From Eledone cirrhosa (lineage: Eukaryota), in the NCBI GenBank assembly GCA_964016885.1, contig OZ024754.1:16988001-17052000 (forward strand): DNA of 64,000 bases. Direction: 5' to 3'. The position numbers and the translations under genes are program-made. Every line of letters begins with the position of its first letter. Position 1 is the first letter of the stretch. Positions 13,208 to 24,929 of this stretch are shown in pieces. A model generated the notes under the pieces. It saw only the letters and a program-made list of their open reading frames with translations, was not told the DNA's origin and made no database searches.

Positions 13208-13215
<8 letters not shown>
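12999..13215 (-). mobile_element. Solo terminal fragment (pLTR remnant) of the Penelope-like element at 42059-44682, with an inverted duplication
   Basis: 12999-13142 matches 42059-42203. Arms 13083-13142 and 13156-13215 form a near-perfect hairpin, and the inversion point lies inside the hammerhead sequence. Confidence 0.82.
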
Positions 13216-13252
<37 letters not shown>

Positions 13253-13254
<2 letters not shown>

Positions 13255-15029
13255 TAATAGCGCAACTAATCAGAGAGAGAATTGACCTAGATGAAATGCA
13301 GTTCGGGTTTGTGTCAGGCAAAAGTACCACAGACGCTCTTTTCATAGTACGACAACTACAGGAGAAGTACCTAGCTAAAGGTAAACCCCTCTACTTAGCC
13401 TTTGTCGACTTGGAGAAAGCCTTCGACAGAGTCCCCCGCTCCATTATCTGGTGGGCTCTTAGAAAACTAGGCGTTGACGAATGGCTTGTGAGGGCTATAC
13501 AAGCCATGTATAAAGAAACAGTCAGCAAGGTTAGAATTAACAACGAATATAGTGAAGAGTTTAGCGTAAAAGTTGGCGTCCATCAGGGCTCTGTTCTCAG
13601 CCCACTACTATTTATTATTGCCCTTCAGGCTATAACAGAGGAGTTCAAGACAGGCTGCCCATGGGAACTCCTATACGCAGACGACCTGACACTCATAGCG
13701 GAATCAATGGCCGAGCTAGAGAAGAAATTCCAAACATGGAAGCACGGCCTAGAGTCAAAAGGACTTAAAATTAACCTGGCTAAGACCAAAGTACTAGTTT
13801 GTAGGAAAGAAAACAAGGCGGCGGTCCCTTCTGGGAAATGGTCGTGCTCGGTGTGTAGGAAAGGCGTAGGTAGAAACTCCATTTTATGTCCTAAATGCAA
13901 AGTATGGGTGCATAAAAGATGTAGTGGGATCACAGGTAAGCTCACTAAGAACATAGATTTTACATGTGGCCGGTGCTCTGGTGCAATAAGTAGCAGCAAG
14001 TGCCCACAAACTACTAGCTCTTTCAATTGCGCAGAGGGTTCTATAGAAATAGTGGACAGCTTCCGTTACCTGGGCGATAAAATCAGCAGTGGGGGAGGGT
14101 GCTCTGAAAGTACTGTAGCTAGAGTCAGAACTGGTTGGAAAAAGTTCAGAGAGCTTATACCACTATTAGCTGCTAAAGGGTTCTCACTAAAAATGAAAGG
14201 CAGGTTGTACGATGCCTGCATACGAACAGCAATGCTGCATGGCAGTGAGACCTGGGCATTGTGTGCAGAGGATATACGCAGACTAGAGAGGAACGAAGCT
14301 TGCATGCTCCGCTGGATGTGTAACAGTAATATACGTGAACGGCAAAGCATAAACGAACTAAGGAAAAAATTAGAGATAAGAGGGATCAGATGTTGTTTAC
14401 TCGAGAGAAGGCTACGTTGGTATGGACACGTGATGCGCATGAAAGTCGATAGCTGTATAACAAAGTGCAGGGCAATAAAGATAGACGGTAGTCACGGAAT
14501 AGGCAGACCTAGAAAAACCTGGGACGAGCTGATAAACTCCGACATCACACACTTACACCTCTCCAAGACAATGTCACTGGACCGAGACCTTTGGCGGTAC
14601 TCAGTAACAGAGAAGACCCGCCTTACCTAAATATATAGTAAAACCTACTCCAGCCAGTAGGCATCTCTAACAAAATACACCCCGTTCCACCACCCCCGCC
14701 CCCACCCCATCCACACCACCCCGTTCTATGTAAAGTTATGTTGGTGCCGCGCCATCGAGGCCGAAACAAATGAGATCGTGTAGGTGTCACGACAAAAAAA
14801 CACACAGTCCACGCTGTAATGTGGCCGTGTAGGCAACACGGTAAAAACCTCCCAGACCCACACTGTAAATGTGGTTGGTGTTAGGAAGGGCATCCAACTG
14901 TAGAAAACCTGCCAGACAGTCCTATGCGAGCAAGACAATCACTCTTGCCTCAAGTGGGACTACCCCCGTCCAAACCCATGCAAGCGTGGAACACGGACGT
15001 TAAACGTTGATGATGATGATGATGATGAT
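13253..15029 (+). mobile_element. RTE LINE (subfamily B), 5'-truncated, uninterrupted 444-aa RT/C-terminal frame, 3' UTR and (GAT)n tail
   Basis: ORF 13296-14630 with QFGF, FVDLEKAFDRV, GVHQGSVLSP, YADD and RRLRWYGHV. Near-identical to 54054-55264 (-). Confidence 0.96.
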
Positions 15030-15208
15030 ATATATACAAGTATATATATATATATATATATATATACAAATATATATATATATATATATTTATTTGTATA
15101 CATATATATATCGCATGCGCGTCCGTACGGTTGTCCTTCCTGTTCCCTATAACCATGCTAAGGTGAAACAATTGTTCTCGGTATGGTGAACTAACTGTTG
15201 TGTAACCA

Positions 15209-15260
<52 letters not shown>

Positions 15261-15271
15261 TATATACATAT

Positions 15272-15767
15272 GACTTTGGACATCCTGCAGGACTAAAAAC
15301 AAAACCTGTCAAATGGCAAAGGAGCTCTTAAGAGTCAATGGCCATCCAAAATCACCGGGAGAGATGACCCCTAAGCCTTTGTCAAGGCAGAATTCTAGGA
15401 GAAGGAAAACTCTGATATAACACCTGCAACCCTGATGGTATCCAATGATGTTGACTTGTTCTTCTTTTTGGTAAATATCATCTTGTTTAAGAGAGTGGGA
15501 CTGGCTTTGTGCAGTGCCTTTGCTCACTATAAAAGCTTCACAGCACAGGCATTGCTTTATATCTGGAGATCTCTCTGCACTTGTCGTCACATGGTACCAT
15601 GGGCCCAGCTCTATGTGTCAATAATTGTCACAAGTTTAGTGTTTGTACCAGAGTTTTCAAGTCGCTGGCTGGACTAAAAAGTCACACTCATTCAGTGCAT
15701 CAGTAGGGGTTCTCCTACATGGATATAAAGTAGTGGCCGTACTCGAAAATGAGTTGGCAGCCACCAT
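15272..15767. repeat. Unclassified interspersed repeat flanked by (TA)n
   Basis: 15379-15767 is nearly identical to 44928-45290, and both end at gagttggcagccaccat. Confidence 0.75.
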
Positions 15768-15796
15768 ATATATACAAATATACATATATTTATTTG

Positions 15797-15830
<34 letters not shown>

Positions 15831-16239
15831 CAAATATATATTTATTTGTATATATATATATGGTATATAGAATTTGAAGTATAGAAGCCATGACAATGCG
15901 AAATGGATGCATAAAAAAGTCAGATGAGACAAGATGTTATATGTTTTACCTTAAATTTATTCATATGTCCTGGTATTTCCAGATGAAGATCTCTTCTTCC
16001 GAGGGAAATAAAGGGGACTCCTTCAGTGTTCGATGGAACTCGCTACACCATGCTTTCGGCATGTCCATCTTTAAAATACACTGTTTTATCATGGAACAGA
16101 GGTTATTTCAGGAAAATTGGTATTGACATGGTTAAAGAATACATTTTAATTTTTTGTTCTTCAATACATCACTACAAATGAATTGTTATGTCAGTGGAGA
16201 TTTGTTTCCTTTTACACCGACATTAATTACTTTACAACT

Positions 16240-16435
16240 GCGGTGGATTGGCAGTATCGGTAGAAGGTCGGACGCCATGCTTTGACACATAGAGTTACGG
16301 CCCTTGCCATTCTGAGTTCAGATCTCGCCGAGGTTAACTTTGCCTTTCATCCTTACGGCGTCGATAAAATAAAGTACCAGTAATACACTGGTACACTGGG
16401 TAATTGCTGGCCTTGTGCCAAAAGTAGAATCAATT
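16240..16435 (+). mobile_element. S1 SINE, full length
   Basis: Near-identical to 7869-8060. Confidence 0.87.
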
Positions 16436-16484
16436 AATTTACAACTAGGAAATAAGCATGATAATGATCTTCTGAATAAAAGTC

Positions 16485-16710
16485 CTCCCTGCCTCTCTCC
16501 CCACTGCCTCTCTCTCCTCACTGCTTCTCTCTCTCAGCCTCTCTCTCCCGACTGCCTCTCTCTCAGCCTCTCTCTCTCCCCCCTCTCTGCCTCTCTCTCT
16601 CAGCATCTCTCTCTCCCCTCTCTGCCTCTATCTCTCCCTCACTCTGCCTATCTCTCTTTCTCACTCTGTCTATCTCTCTCCCTCTGCCCCCTCTCTCTTT
16701 CTCAGTCTCA
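16485..16710. repeat. CT-rich low-complexity polypyrimidine tract
   Basis: Degenerate (ct)n and gcctctctctc units. Confidence 0.85.
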
Positions 16711-17162
16711 CAGACACCCATACATATATCCTGTGTGTATACTAGGAGAAGTCCACAGGCAGTTGTAGGTCTTGCTATGATGTACTTGAACAGCTTCAAA
16801 TGGATAATCATACAACAACCAAGTTACAAAACATTATATTCCAGGAAATAAGGATTATTGTTTGGCGTGGAACTTATTTCTTGGATAATAAAGGCAGACT
16901 GCAAATAATGAGTTTATTAACTCTTTCGATACCCCTATTCCAGATACTGTCTCTAGTCCTACTATGATACAAAGCCACTAAAATAATGAGTTTATTTACT
17001 CTTTTGATAACCATACACCTGGCACTGTTTCTAGTCCAGTGTTTCTTAACCTGGAGTTTTGGAACTCACAAGGGGTGTAAGATTCAGTTCTTGGGGTGCA
17101 AGGAGAGGTCCTGAAAAACATAATTGAGAAAATGCAAGAACAGAAGTCATATTAAAGATTAA

Positions 17163-17563
17163 CCCTTTAGTGTTCAAACCGGCCAGAATTCTCTACCTCT
17201 TTCTGTTGAAACTGGCTGTAACTGGTCGCACAAACTGATGATAAGGTATTGTTCTCAAAATATATACTTTCAAAATCTCATAGATTCGATATTATGTGAG
17301 ATAATTATGTGAGATAAAGCCTTTACCATGAAAATATAATAGTACATATAGAGTAATGTGAATGCTAAAGGGTTAAACCGGCCATATCCAGCCAGAATTC
17401 TCTCCTCTCTTTCTGTTCAAACTGGCTGTAACTGGTCGCTCAAACTGATGATAAGGTATTGTTCTCAAAATATATACTTTCAAAATCTCATAGATTCGAT
17501 ATTATGTGAGATGAAGCCTTTACCATGAAAATATGATAGTATATATAAAATAATGTGAATGCT
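17163..17563. mobile_element. piggyBac-type MITE, complete copy (17163-17372) followed by a tandem partial copy
   Basis: TTAA|CCCTTTAG at 17159 and CTAAAGGG|TTAA at 17372. The body is repeated at 17377-17563 without intact termini. Confidence 0.86.
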
Positions 17564-17631
17564 GGGATTGATGGGATATTTTCTATTATTTTCAAAAATA
17601 TATGTTAATTAATCATAGTAGTTAATTAATT

Positions 17632-17970
17632 AAATAGTTGTTTCTACTTTATTTTATCGACCTCATAAGGATGAAAGGCAAAGTTAACCTCAACGGGATT
17701 TGAACTCAGACCGTAAAGGGACGTAACTATGCTGGAAAGCATGGCGTCTGACCCTCTACCGATACTACCAATTCACCTTAAATAGTTGTTTCTACTAGTG
17801 GCACAAGGCCAGCAACCACCTCAGTGCATCACTGGTGCTTTATTTTATCGACACCGTAAGGATGAAAGGCAAAGTTAACCTGGGCGGGATTTGAACTCAG
17901 AATGGCAAGGGCCGTAACTCTGTGTGTCAAATCATGGCGTCTGACCCTTACCGATACTGCCAATCCACCT
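17632..17970 (-). mobile_element. Two tandem S1 SINEs on the minus strand
   Basis: Reverse complement of the S1 consensus occurs twice (17632-17778 and 17779-17970). Confidence 0.85.
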
Positions 17971-18089
17971 TAAATAGTAGCAGCTAAGTAGCTGATAATT
18001 TGACCTGAAAATTCAAATTCTGTTGTCTTATGTGCTAAGGCTGTGGGATGGAATTTTAAAATCTTAAGTGGTGTCCAATCAAGTACATT

Positions 18090-19470
18090 GTACACCATAT
18101 ATACTTGTGTATATATGTATACCGTATATACTTGTGTATATGGTATACTGTATATACTTGTGTATATATGTATACCATATATACTTGTGTATATGTATAC
18201 CATATATACTTGTGTATATGTTGTATACCATATATACTTGTGTATATGGTATACTGTATATACTTGTGTATATATGTATACCATATATACTTGTGTATAT
18301 GTATACCATATATACTTGTGTATATGTTGTATACCATATATACTTGTGTATATGGTATACTGTATATACTTGTGTATATATGTATACCATATATACTTGT
18401 GTATATGTATACCATATATACTTGTGTATATGTATACTGTATATGCTTGTGTATATGTATCATATATACTTGTGTATATGTATACTGTATATACTTGTGT
18501 ATATGGTATACTGTATATACTTGTGTATATATGTATATCATTTATACTTGTGTATATGTATACCGTATATACTTGTGTATATGTATACTGTATATACTTG
18601 TGTATATGTATACCATATATACTTGTGTACATGTATACTGTATATGCTTGTGTATATGTATATCATATATACTTGTGTATATGTATACTGTATATACTTG
18701 TGTATATGGTATACTGTATATACTTATATCATTTATACTTGTGTATATGTATACTGTATGTACTTGTGTATATGTATATCGTATATACTTATGTATATGT
18801 ATACTGTATATACTTGTGTATATGTGTGTATATGTATACTTGTGTATATGTATACCATATATACTTGTGTATATGTATACTGTATATGCTTGTGTACATG
18901 TATACTGTATATGCTTGTGTACATGTATACTGTATATGCTTGTGTATATGTATATCATAAATACTTGTGTATATGTATACCATATATACTTGTGTATATG
19001 GTATACCGTATATACTTGTGTATATGTATACCGTATATACTTGTGTATACTGTATATACTTGTGTATATGGTATACTGTATATACTTGTGTATATGTATA
19101 TCATATATACTTGTGTATATGGCATACCGTATATACTTGTGTATATGTATACTGTATATACTTCTGTATATATATACTGTATATATATGTATACTGTATA
19201 CACTTGTGTATATGTATACTGTATATACTTGTGTATATGTATACTGTATATATATGTATACTGTATATACTTGTGTATATGGTATACCGTATATACTTGT
19301 GTATATGTATACTGTATATACTTCTGTATATGTATACTGTATATATATGTATACTGTATATACTTGTGTATATGTATACTGTATCTACTTGTATACCGTA
19401 TCTACTTGTATACTGTACATACTTGTATACCGTATATACTTGTGTATATGTATACCGTATATACTTGTGT
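18090..19470. repeat. About 1.4 kb minisatellite, unit about 25 bp (tatatacttgtgtatatgtatactg and variants)
   Basis: Direct tandem repetition. It accounts for all the long YIV-rich ORFs at 17970-19556. Confidence 0.95.
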
Positions 19471-21224
19471 ATAAGTTGCTCCTTCATTTTACATAGAGCA
19501 CTCTTCATGCAGTAGCTACTTATAATGAAGGTTCTGGTTGTGTAGATAAATGACACGCTGCTTAACCTGTCACATTGTCAGTGCAGCTACTTACATAACT
19601 ATATAGAGTAAATTTATTGACCCCCCCCCCCCCCCCCCAAAAAAAAAAAATAAATAAAATAAAAAATAAAAAGACCATTCTCTTTAGCTACAAAGTTTCC
19701 ATACAATTTTCATGTTTTGCCTGGAACAGATTTTAAGCAATTATTACATATGCATGCGCACCCGCTTAAATATGCACTAAGTAGTATCTACTATTTTGAG
19801 AGTAATTTTTTTGGTAATACTACTACTACTACTACTACTATTTTATATTATTTACTTAAGCAGATTTTCTATTTTCTTTGTTATTGTATTGGATTAAACC
19901 GTTTCTATCAATTTTTAGTGATATAAACTCTATTTTGAAAGTAACTGTATTCTCATCCTCATACTGCTATTATGTTGAGATAACACTTATTTTGTGATGT
20001 TATTGGAAATTAGCTGTCATGCCTCTTGTTTTTATTGAAGTTACCAAAAGGCTTGCTAGTTTAACAATATCAAAACTATTACAGTTGTTTGTTTTCAGAT
20101 AAATTTTTCGTCTTTTCCTCTTCTATTTTTTTCCCTCCATTTTATTATATTTGATGAACATTATGTTTTTCTTATAATTTTCAACTTATGGTTATTATTT
20201 ACAACATAATTCCTTGGATTTTTTTTTGTTGTTGTAAATATACAACTTGGAATTAAATGAATTGTATGTAATGTTTGTTGTTTATATATGAATTTTACTT
20301 TTCTTTCTACTTTGTGTGTTACAATGTTTTGGCTAGACTTTCACTCTCCTTGATGTTTTTATATATTCCACAATGTTTTATAATCTATCTGTAAATGTTG
20401 TTTTTCAATGGTTTCAGTTTTTAAATCACTTCTATAAAATTAGTTTCTGTTTGTTTATTTGATTTCCTTTTCTAAATGGGAATCATTATTTAGTTGAAGA
20501 GAAACCTTAGGATATTTCATTACAGCTATTTTAATTTCCATAGATGTTTGTTTTTTTCTGTGAGGTTCTGGTGGTGGTGGAGGGTTTGTTTCTTTCAAAT
20601 CTTGGTATTAAATGGTTACTGCAGTAATCATTTAGTTGGTTTAGCACTTATGATAATCAACCTTTCCAAACTATTGAAGGTGCATAGCTTAGTGGTTAGG
20701 GTGCTTGGCTAATGTTCATTAGATCTTGAGTTCGATTCCTGATAGCATGTTATCCTTGAGTTAGACAAATTATTTCTATTAGTCCAGTCCACACTGATTG
20801 AAAAAGATGAGTTTACCAGTAATTCAATAGACTTATACTGTCACACAGTGTATCACGCTGAGTCTCGTTCAGTGTCCATTTTATAATGTTCAAATTTAAA
20901 TTTAAATCTTTCAACGCAATTTGAATTAAAAACCATTTTATTTGTTACAAATGTCATCTTAATAACATAATTAATAATTTTAATAAATTCTCCATTAATT
21001 AATTAAAATACAATGTATACAATTAAGGGCTGGCCTTTACAAACACCCTGTACAAAATTCTTTCCAACAACCCATGCTAGCAGGGAAAGTGGATGTTAAA
21101 ATGACAATGATGATGATGATGATGATTCGATATATGCACAACTTTTCCATGGTCAATTTGATGTTTGGAAAATAACAAAATGTTCTTACATAGAATTATG
21201 ATGGTATGTTTTAATATAATTTAA

Positions 21225-21419
21225 TTTAAACCAGCCATATCCATTCAGAATTCTCTCACCTCTTTCTGTTCAAACTGTTTGTAACTGGCTGCTCATACAG
21301 ACGTTAAGGTATTGTTCTCAAAATAAATATCAAAATCTCATAGATTCGATATGTGAGATAAAGCATTTTCTGTGAAAATACAATAGTAAATATAGAGCAA
21401 TGTAAATGCTAAAGAGTTA
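21225..21419. mobile_element. piggyBac-type MITE, degenerate left end
   Basis: Body matches 4216-4420 and ends aatgctaaagagttag. Confidence 0.75.
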
Positions 21420-22082
21420 GAGTGGACAGTTATGATTCACAGAAGCAGGGGCAGTTTCTGGTGGGTTGGTATCAAAAGGGTTTTATGAAACCGTTACAAA
21501 AATTGAAATTTGTCAAAATGAATTGTTTGAGATTATGGATTTGCGAAAATGGGTCAAAAGGGATTATTAATTTTCTGAATTGGGTCATAGAGGATTAATT
21601 TGCTGAAATGGGTCACATAGGATTATTGATTTGCCAAAATAGGTCATAGAGGATCATTGCTAAAATGGCTTGAAGCAGCTAAATTTGGGAAACATAGCTA
21701 GTAATGTATTTATATTTTTTAAATGGATGTCTGATGGATATGTCATGGAATGCATTTCAAATAAGAAAAGTAAGTAAATATATACAAAAAGGTTTTTTTC
21801 TGTTGTGGTTTATGTATTTAACTGGGTAATTGTATAAAGTGTAAAGTGTGTTGTGCGTTTTGGTAGTTTTAACTTGTTGTATTTTGTTGTTTGGCAGGGT
21901 TGGGCAAAGAAAAATTATATATATATAAATATATATATGCAGAGGATATATTTAATTTGTTGGGATTCAACAAGCTTAAAAAATTTTATAACTGCTTAAA
22001 AAATTTATAAAGCACTCAACAGATTAGTGGAGTAAATATACAATATATTAACAAATGGAAACTATATTTATAAAACCATATT

Positions 22083-22148
22083 TATTTTATTATACATATT
22101 TCAAGGGCCACCAAGGCAAATTATGGTGCGCTTTCATCAGATAAAATA
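22083..22148 (-). ncRNA. Hammerhead ribozyme motif (left arm of palindrome 22039-22307)
   Basis: Minus strand tattttat CTGATGA aagcgcacca..tggtggccctt GAAA tatgta TA ataaaata, with a perfect 8-bp stem I. Confidence 0.82.
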
Positions 22149-22197
22149 CAATACAATACAATATGTCAATATTTATTTATAAAACAAATCTGTATTG

Positions 22198-22263
22198 TAT
22201 TTTATCTGATGAACGCGCACCATAATTTGCCTTGGTGGCCCTTGAAATATGTATAATAAAATA
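22198..22263 (+). ncRNA. Hammerhead ribozyme motif (right arm of palindrome 22039-22307)
   Basis: tattttat CTGATGA acgcgcacca..tggtggccctt GAAA tatgta TA ataaaata. Confidence 0.82.
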
Positions 22264-23326
22264 AATATGGTTTTATAAATATAGTTTCCATTTGTTAATA
22301 TATTGTAAATATATATATATGTCTGTGTGTGAGTGTGTGTATGTATATATCATGCCTCTGATACCGTGTGGACTAAGATCTCCATCGAGGATTCTCTGAT
22401 AAGATGGGTTTTTCTGTTGTGATTTTAATTTTATTTCCCAAGTAACAGGACTTTGACTTGACCATAAATATATATATAAAACATTCTTCTGTGAAATGAA
22501 AGCTCTTTTTTTCCTCTCCCCATCTCTTGGTGTTCATTCTGTTTTCATATCTGCAATGAATCAATAAATCTTAGATTTGTATTACAAGAACAGACAAACA
22601 AAACAATGAAGTTGGCGATTATTCTGTTTGAAATGTATTTCTTTCTTAGACAGAGAGTATGTTACTATTTTCACACAAACACATGTGTTTGTGTGTGATT
22701 TTCTATATACTTCCACACTGGTGTGGTTAATGCAGTTGTCCATTCTACACTTGGGTTACTTAAGATTCTGTCCTCTGGTTAGGGGAGGAGAGGAATTGCA
22801 ACAGCATGCAGTTTTTGGAAGAAAGAATTTGAAGAAAAATTGTCGCAACTTCAATCTGATTCCCAATAGATTCCATAATAAAATAGATTAATTTTACTGA
22901 CAGTTATTTACGAAAGAAAGAAATGCACTTATCCAAACATCGGCTTGGAATCTGATAAGAATGCAGTCAACGTGAAAAATACATTCTTTTATTCACCATC
23001 ATTGTTTTGTGTAGATTTTCAAATATATATTATCATAGGTTTTTTCTTTTTTTTATATCCACTTTTCTTCATACCTTGTATTTTCAATATGGTATACACA
23101 TCATCATCATCATCATTTTATGTCCCCTTTCTGCTATAAACAATAATTTAGAAAATCAGGTAAAGGATCCCTTGAGATGGAACAAAAAGGGCATGTCCAG
23201 GGGTCCTTTACCTAAACTATTATTTATAGTGATTGATTATTATTATGGTCATTTGCGTTAGATGCACACATTTGAAATTTCATATATGTTAATTTATGGG
23301 TATACACACATGCATACATATTCACA

Positions 23327-23364
<38 letters not shown>

Positions 23365-23372
<8 letters not shown>

Positions 23373-23551
23373 GGCTTCTTCAGGACTAGAACTGTTTCAT
23401 TCGAAGGAAATCATCAAGCTTTTCTGGTGATTTCCTTTGAATGAAACAGTTCTAGTCCTGTAGAAGCCATTTATATATCAAATTTTGTACATAATCTACC
23501 AATGTATTGAGTACCTTACTTACTGTTGTTACTCCCGATTGAACCCGGGAC
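23365..23551 (+). mobile_element. Palindromic pLTR-like remnant (family H2) with two degenerate hammerheads
   Basis: Hairpin at 23365-23477 with cores mutated to CTGGTGA (+) and TTGATGA (-). The 3' end gtattgagtaccttacttactg..gaacccggga is shared with 35668-35876, 36158-36522 and 49305-49440. Confidence 0.75.
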
Positions 23552-23944
23552 TCACACACACCCACACACACGTATATATTGCTGGTAATGGTTACCTTCC
23601 TGTGAAGGAGAACTCGCTACATAAATAGAATATGTATTTTTATTGCAAGTATAGAAGGTTACAAAGTGTGTGTTACAAGGCATCACTGTATGTGTGCATG
23701 TATGTATGTCCGTGTTCATTAAATATTTGTGTAATAAATTACTTCAGCCACAATAACTTGTTTTTATCCCAACCTTCTTGTAGACATTGTTCTTAGTGAA
23801 TATGTTGAAAGCTCTTCTCAGCTACACAACTACCAGCATTTTGTTCTGATCATTGTATAATTAATAAGAACTTCTTTTATAGAATTCCAGCCATGTCTGG
23901 ATTGGATTAGGGGTGGGGGGAAGCTGCCTAGAGTGTACATTTCC

Positions 23945-24220
23945 ATATGCTCTCACCCCTCCCCTTCCTTCTATCTCTTCCATTCCCTCCCTCTCTCTCT
24001 ATTTCCCATTCCCTCTCTCCCTCCCCCTCTCTCTCTCCTTCGCCTCCTCTCTCTCCCTCCCCATCTCTATTCTTCCCCCACTGTCTCCCTCCTTTCCCAT
24101 CCATCTCCTTTTCTTCCCCTTCTCTCTCTCCTCCTATCTCTCTCTTTCTCCCTCCCCTATTACCTTTTATCCCTCTCTCTGTTCCTCTTTCCCTGCTTCT
24201 TTCACCCCCTCCCCTTTCAG
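23945..24220. repeat. Polypyrimidine low-complexity tract
   Basis: Almost exclusively C and T over about 270 bp. Confidence 0.88.
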
Positions 24221-24475
24221 AGGAATGAAGTGGTCATCTGTGTGATTCCTGTATTGTAATGTACTGGTCAAGCAACCCCCAGTCTCTTTGTTGTCATCAA
24301 TGACACACTTCAAGGTGAAACAGGTACAATCCTTCAAAGAACCAATATAGACGACACTTCAAATGTGTTTATTGAGAAGCAAATGATAATTCTTCTTCTT
24401 CTTACAAGTTATTTGATTCTAGTGGCAGAAGATATTTTATTGAGTTTTTTTAATATTATTATTATTAATACATAC

Positions 24476-24645
24476 ATGGCACAAACATGGCCGTGTGGAT
24501 AAGATGTTTGCTTTTTAACCACATGCTTTCGGGTTTCAATCCATTGCATCACACTTTGAGCAAGCATCTTCTGCAACAGCCAATGCCTTCTGAGTAAATT
24601 TGGCAGACATAAACTGGAAAAAAAATTGGTGTATGTGGGTGGCCG
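24476..24645 (+). mobile_element. Degenerate tRNA-derived SINE (third family)
   Basis: tggccgtgtggataag (A-box-like), gggtttcaatcc (B-box-like), ttgagcaagcatcttct...gcagacataaactgg. It resembles a common octopus SINE as recalled from memory. Confidence 0.5.
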
Positions 24646-24728
24646 TATATATGTGTATATATATACATGTATATATATATATAGTGACGAAACATAAGTC
24701 AATTGCATGAACTCATAATCCTTTATTT

Positions 24729-24784
24729 ACTGCTATATATATTTCGATGATAGCCATTGAATGGCTATGACCTCATCAGGCAGT
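24729..24784 (-). ncRNA. Hammerhead ribozyme motif
   Basis: Minus strand actgc CTGATGA ggtc-atagccat-tca-atggctat-catc GAAA tatata TA gcagt, with a perfect 5-bp stem I, a strong stem II and a palindromic stem III. Confidence 0.82.
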
Positions 24785-24929
24785 TAGTCAGTTCTTAGAT
24801 ATGCCAGCTCTGTGTTTATAGTGTTGATGGTAACTCTGGAACTTATATCTTCGTTGAGTGCTCCCTATCCACATACTGAAGTACTGGATTTTACCAACAC
24901 TTACTTTCTTGCTTATATATATATATATA

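Noticed and set aside
15112-15212. GAAAcaattgTT palindromic half-hammerhead between TA arrays
   Set aside because: No CTGANGA core or stem I upstream.
17970-19556. Long ORFs up to 468 aa rich in Y, I, V, C, M
   Set aside because: They are translations of a 25-bp minisatellite, open in many frames on both strands.
21540-21670. Short repeats of about 30 bp (gaaatgggtcatagaggattattgattt) superficially like an array
   Set aside because: Adjacent degenerate tandem units without unique spacers, in eukaryotic context. Not CRISPR.
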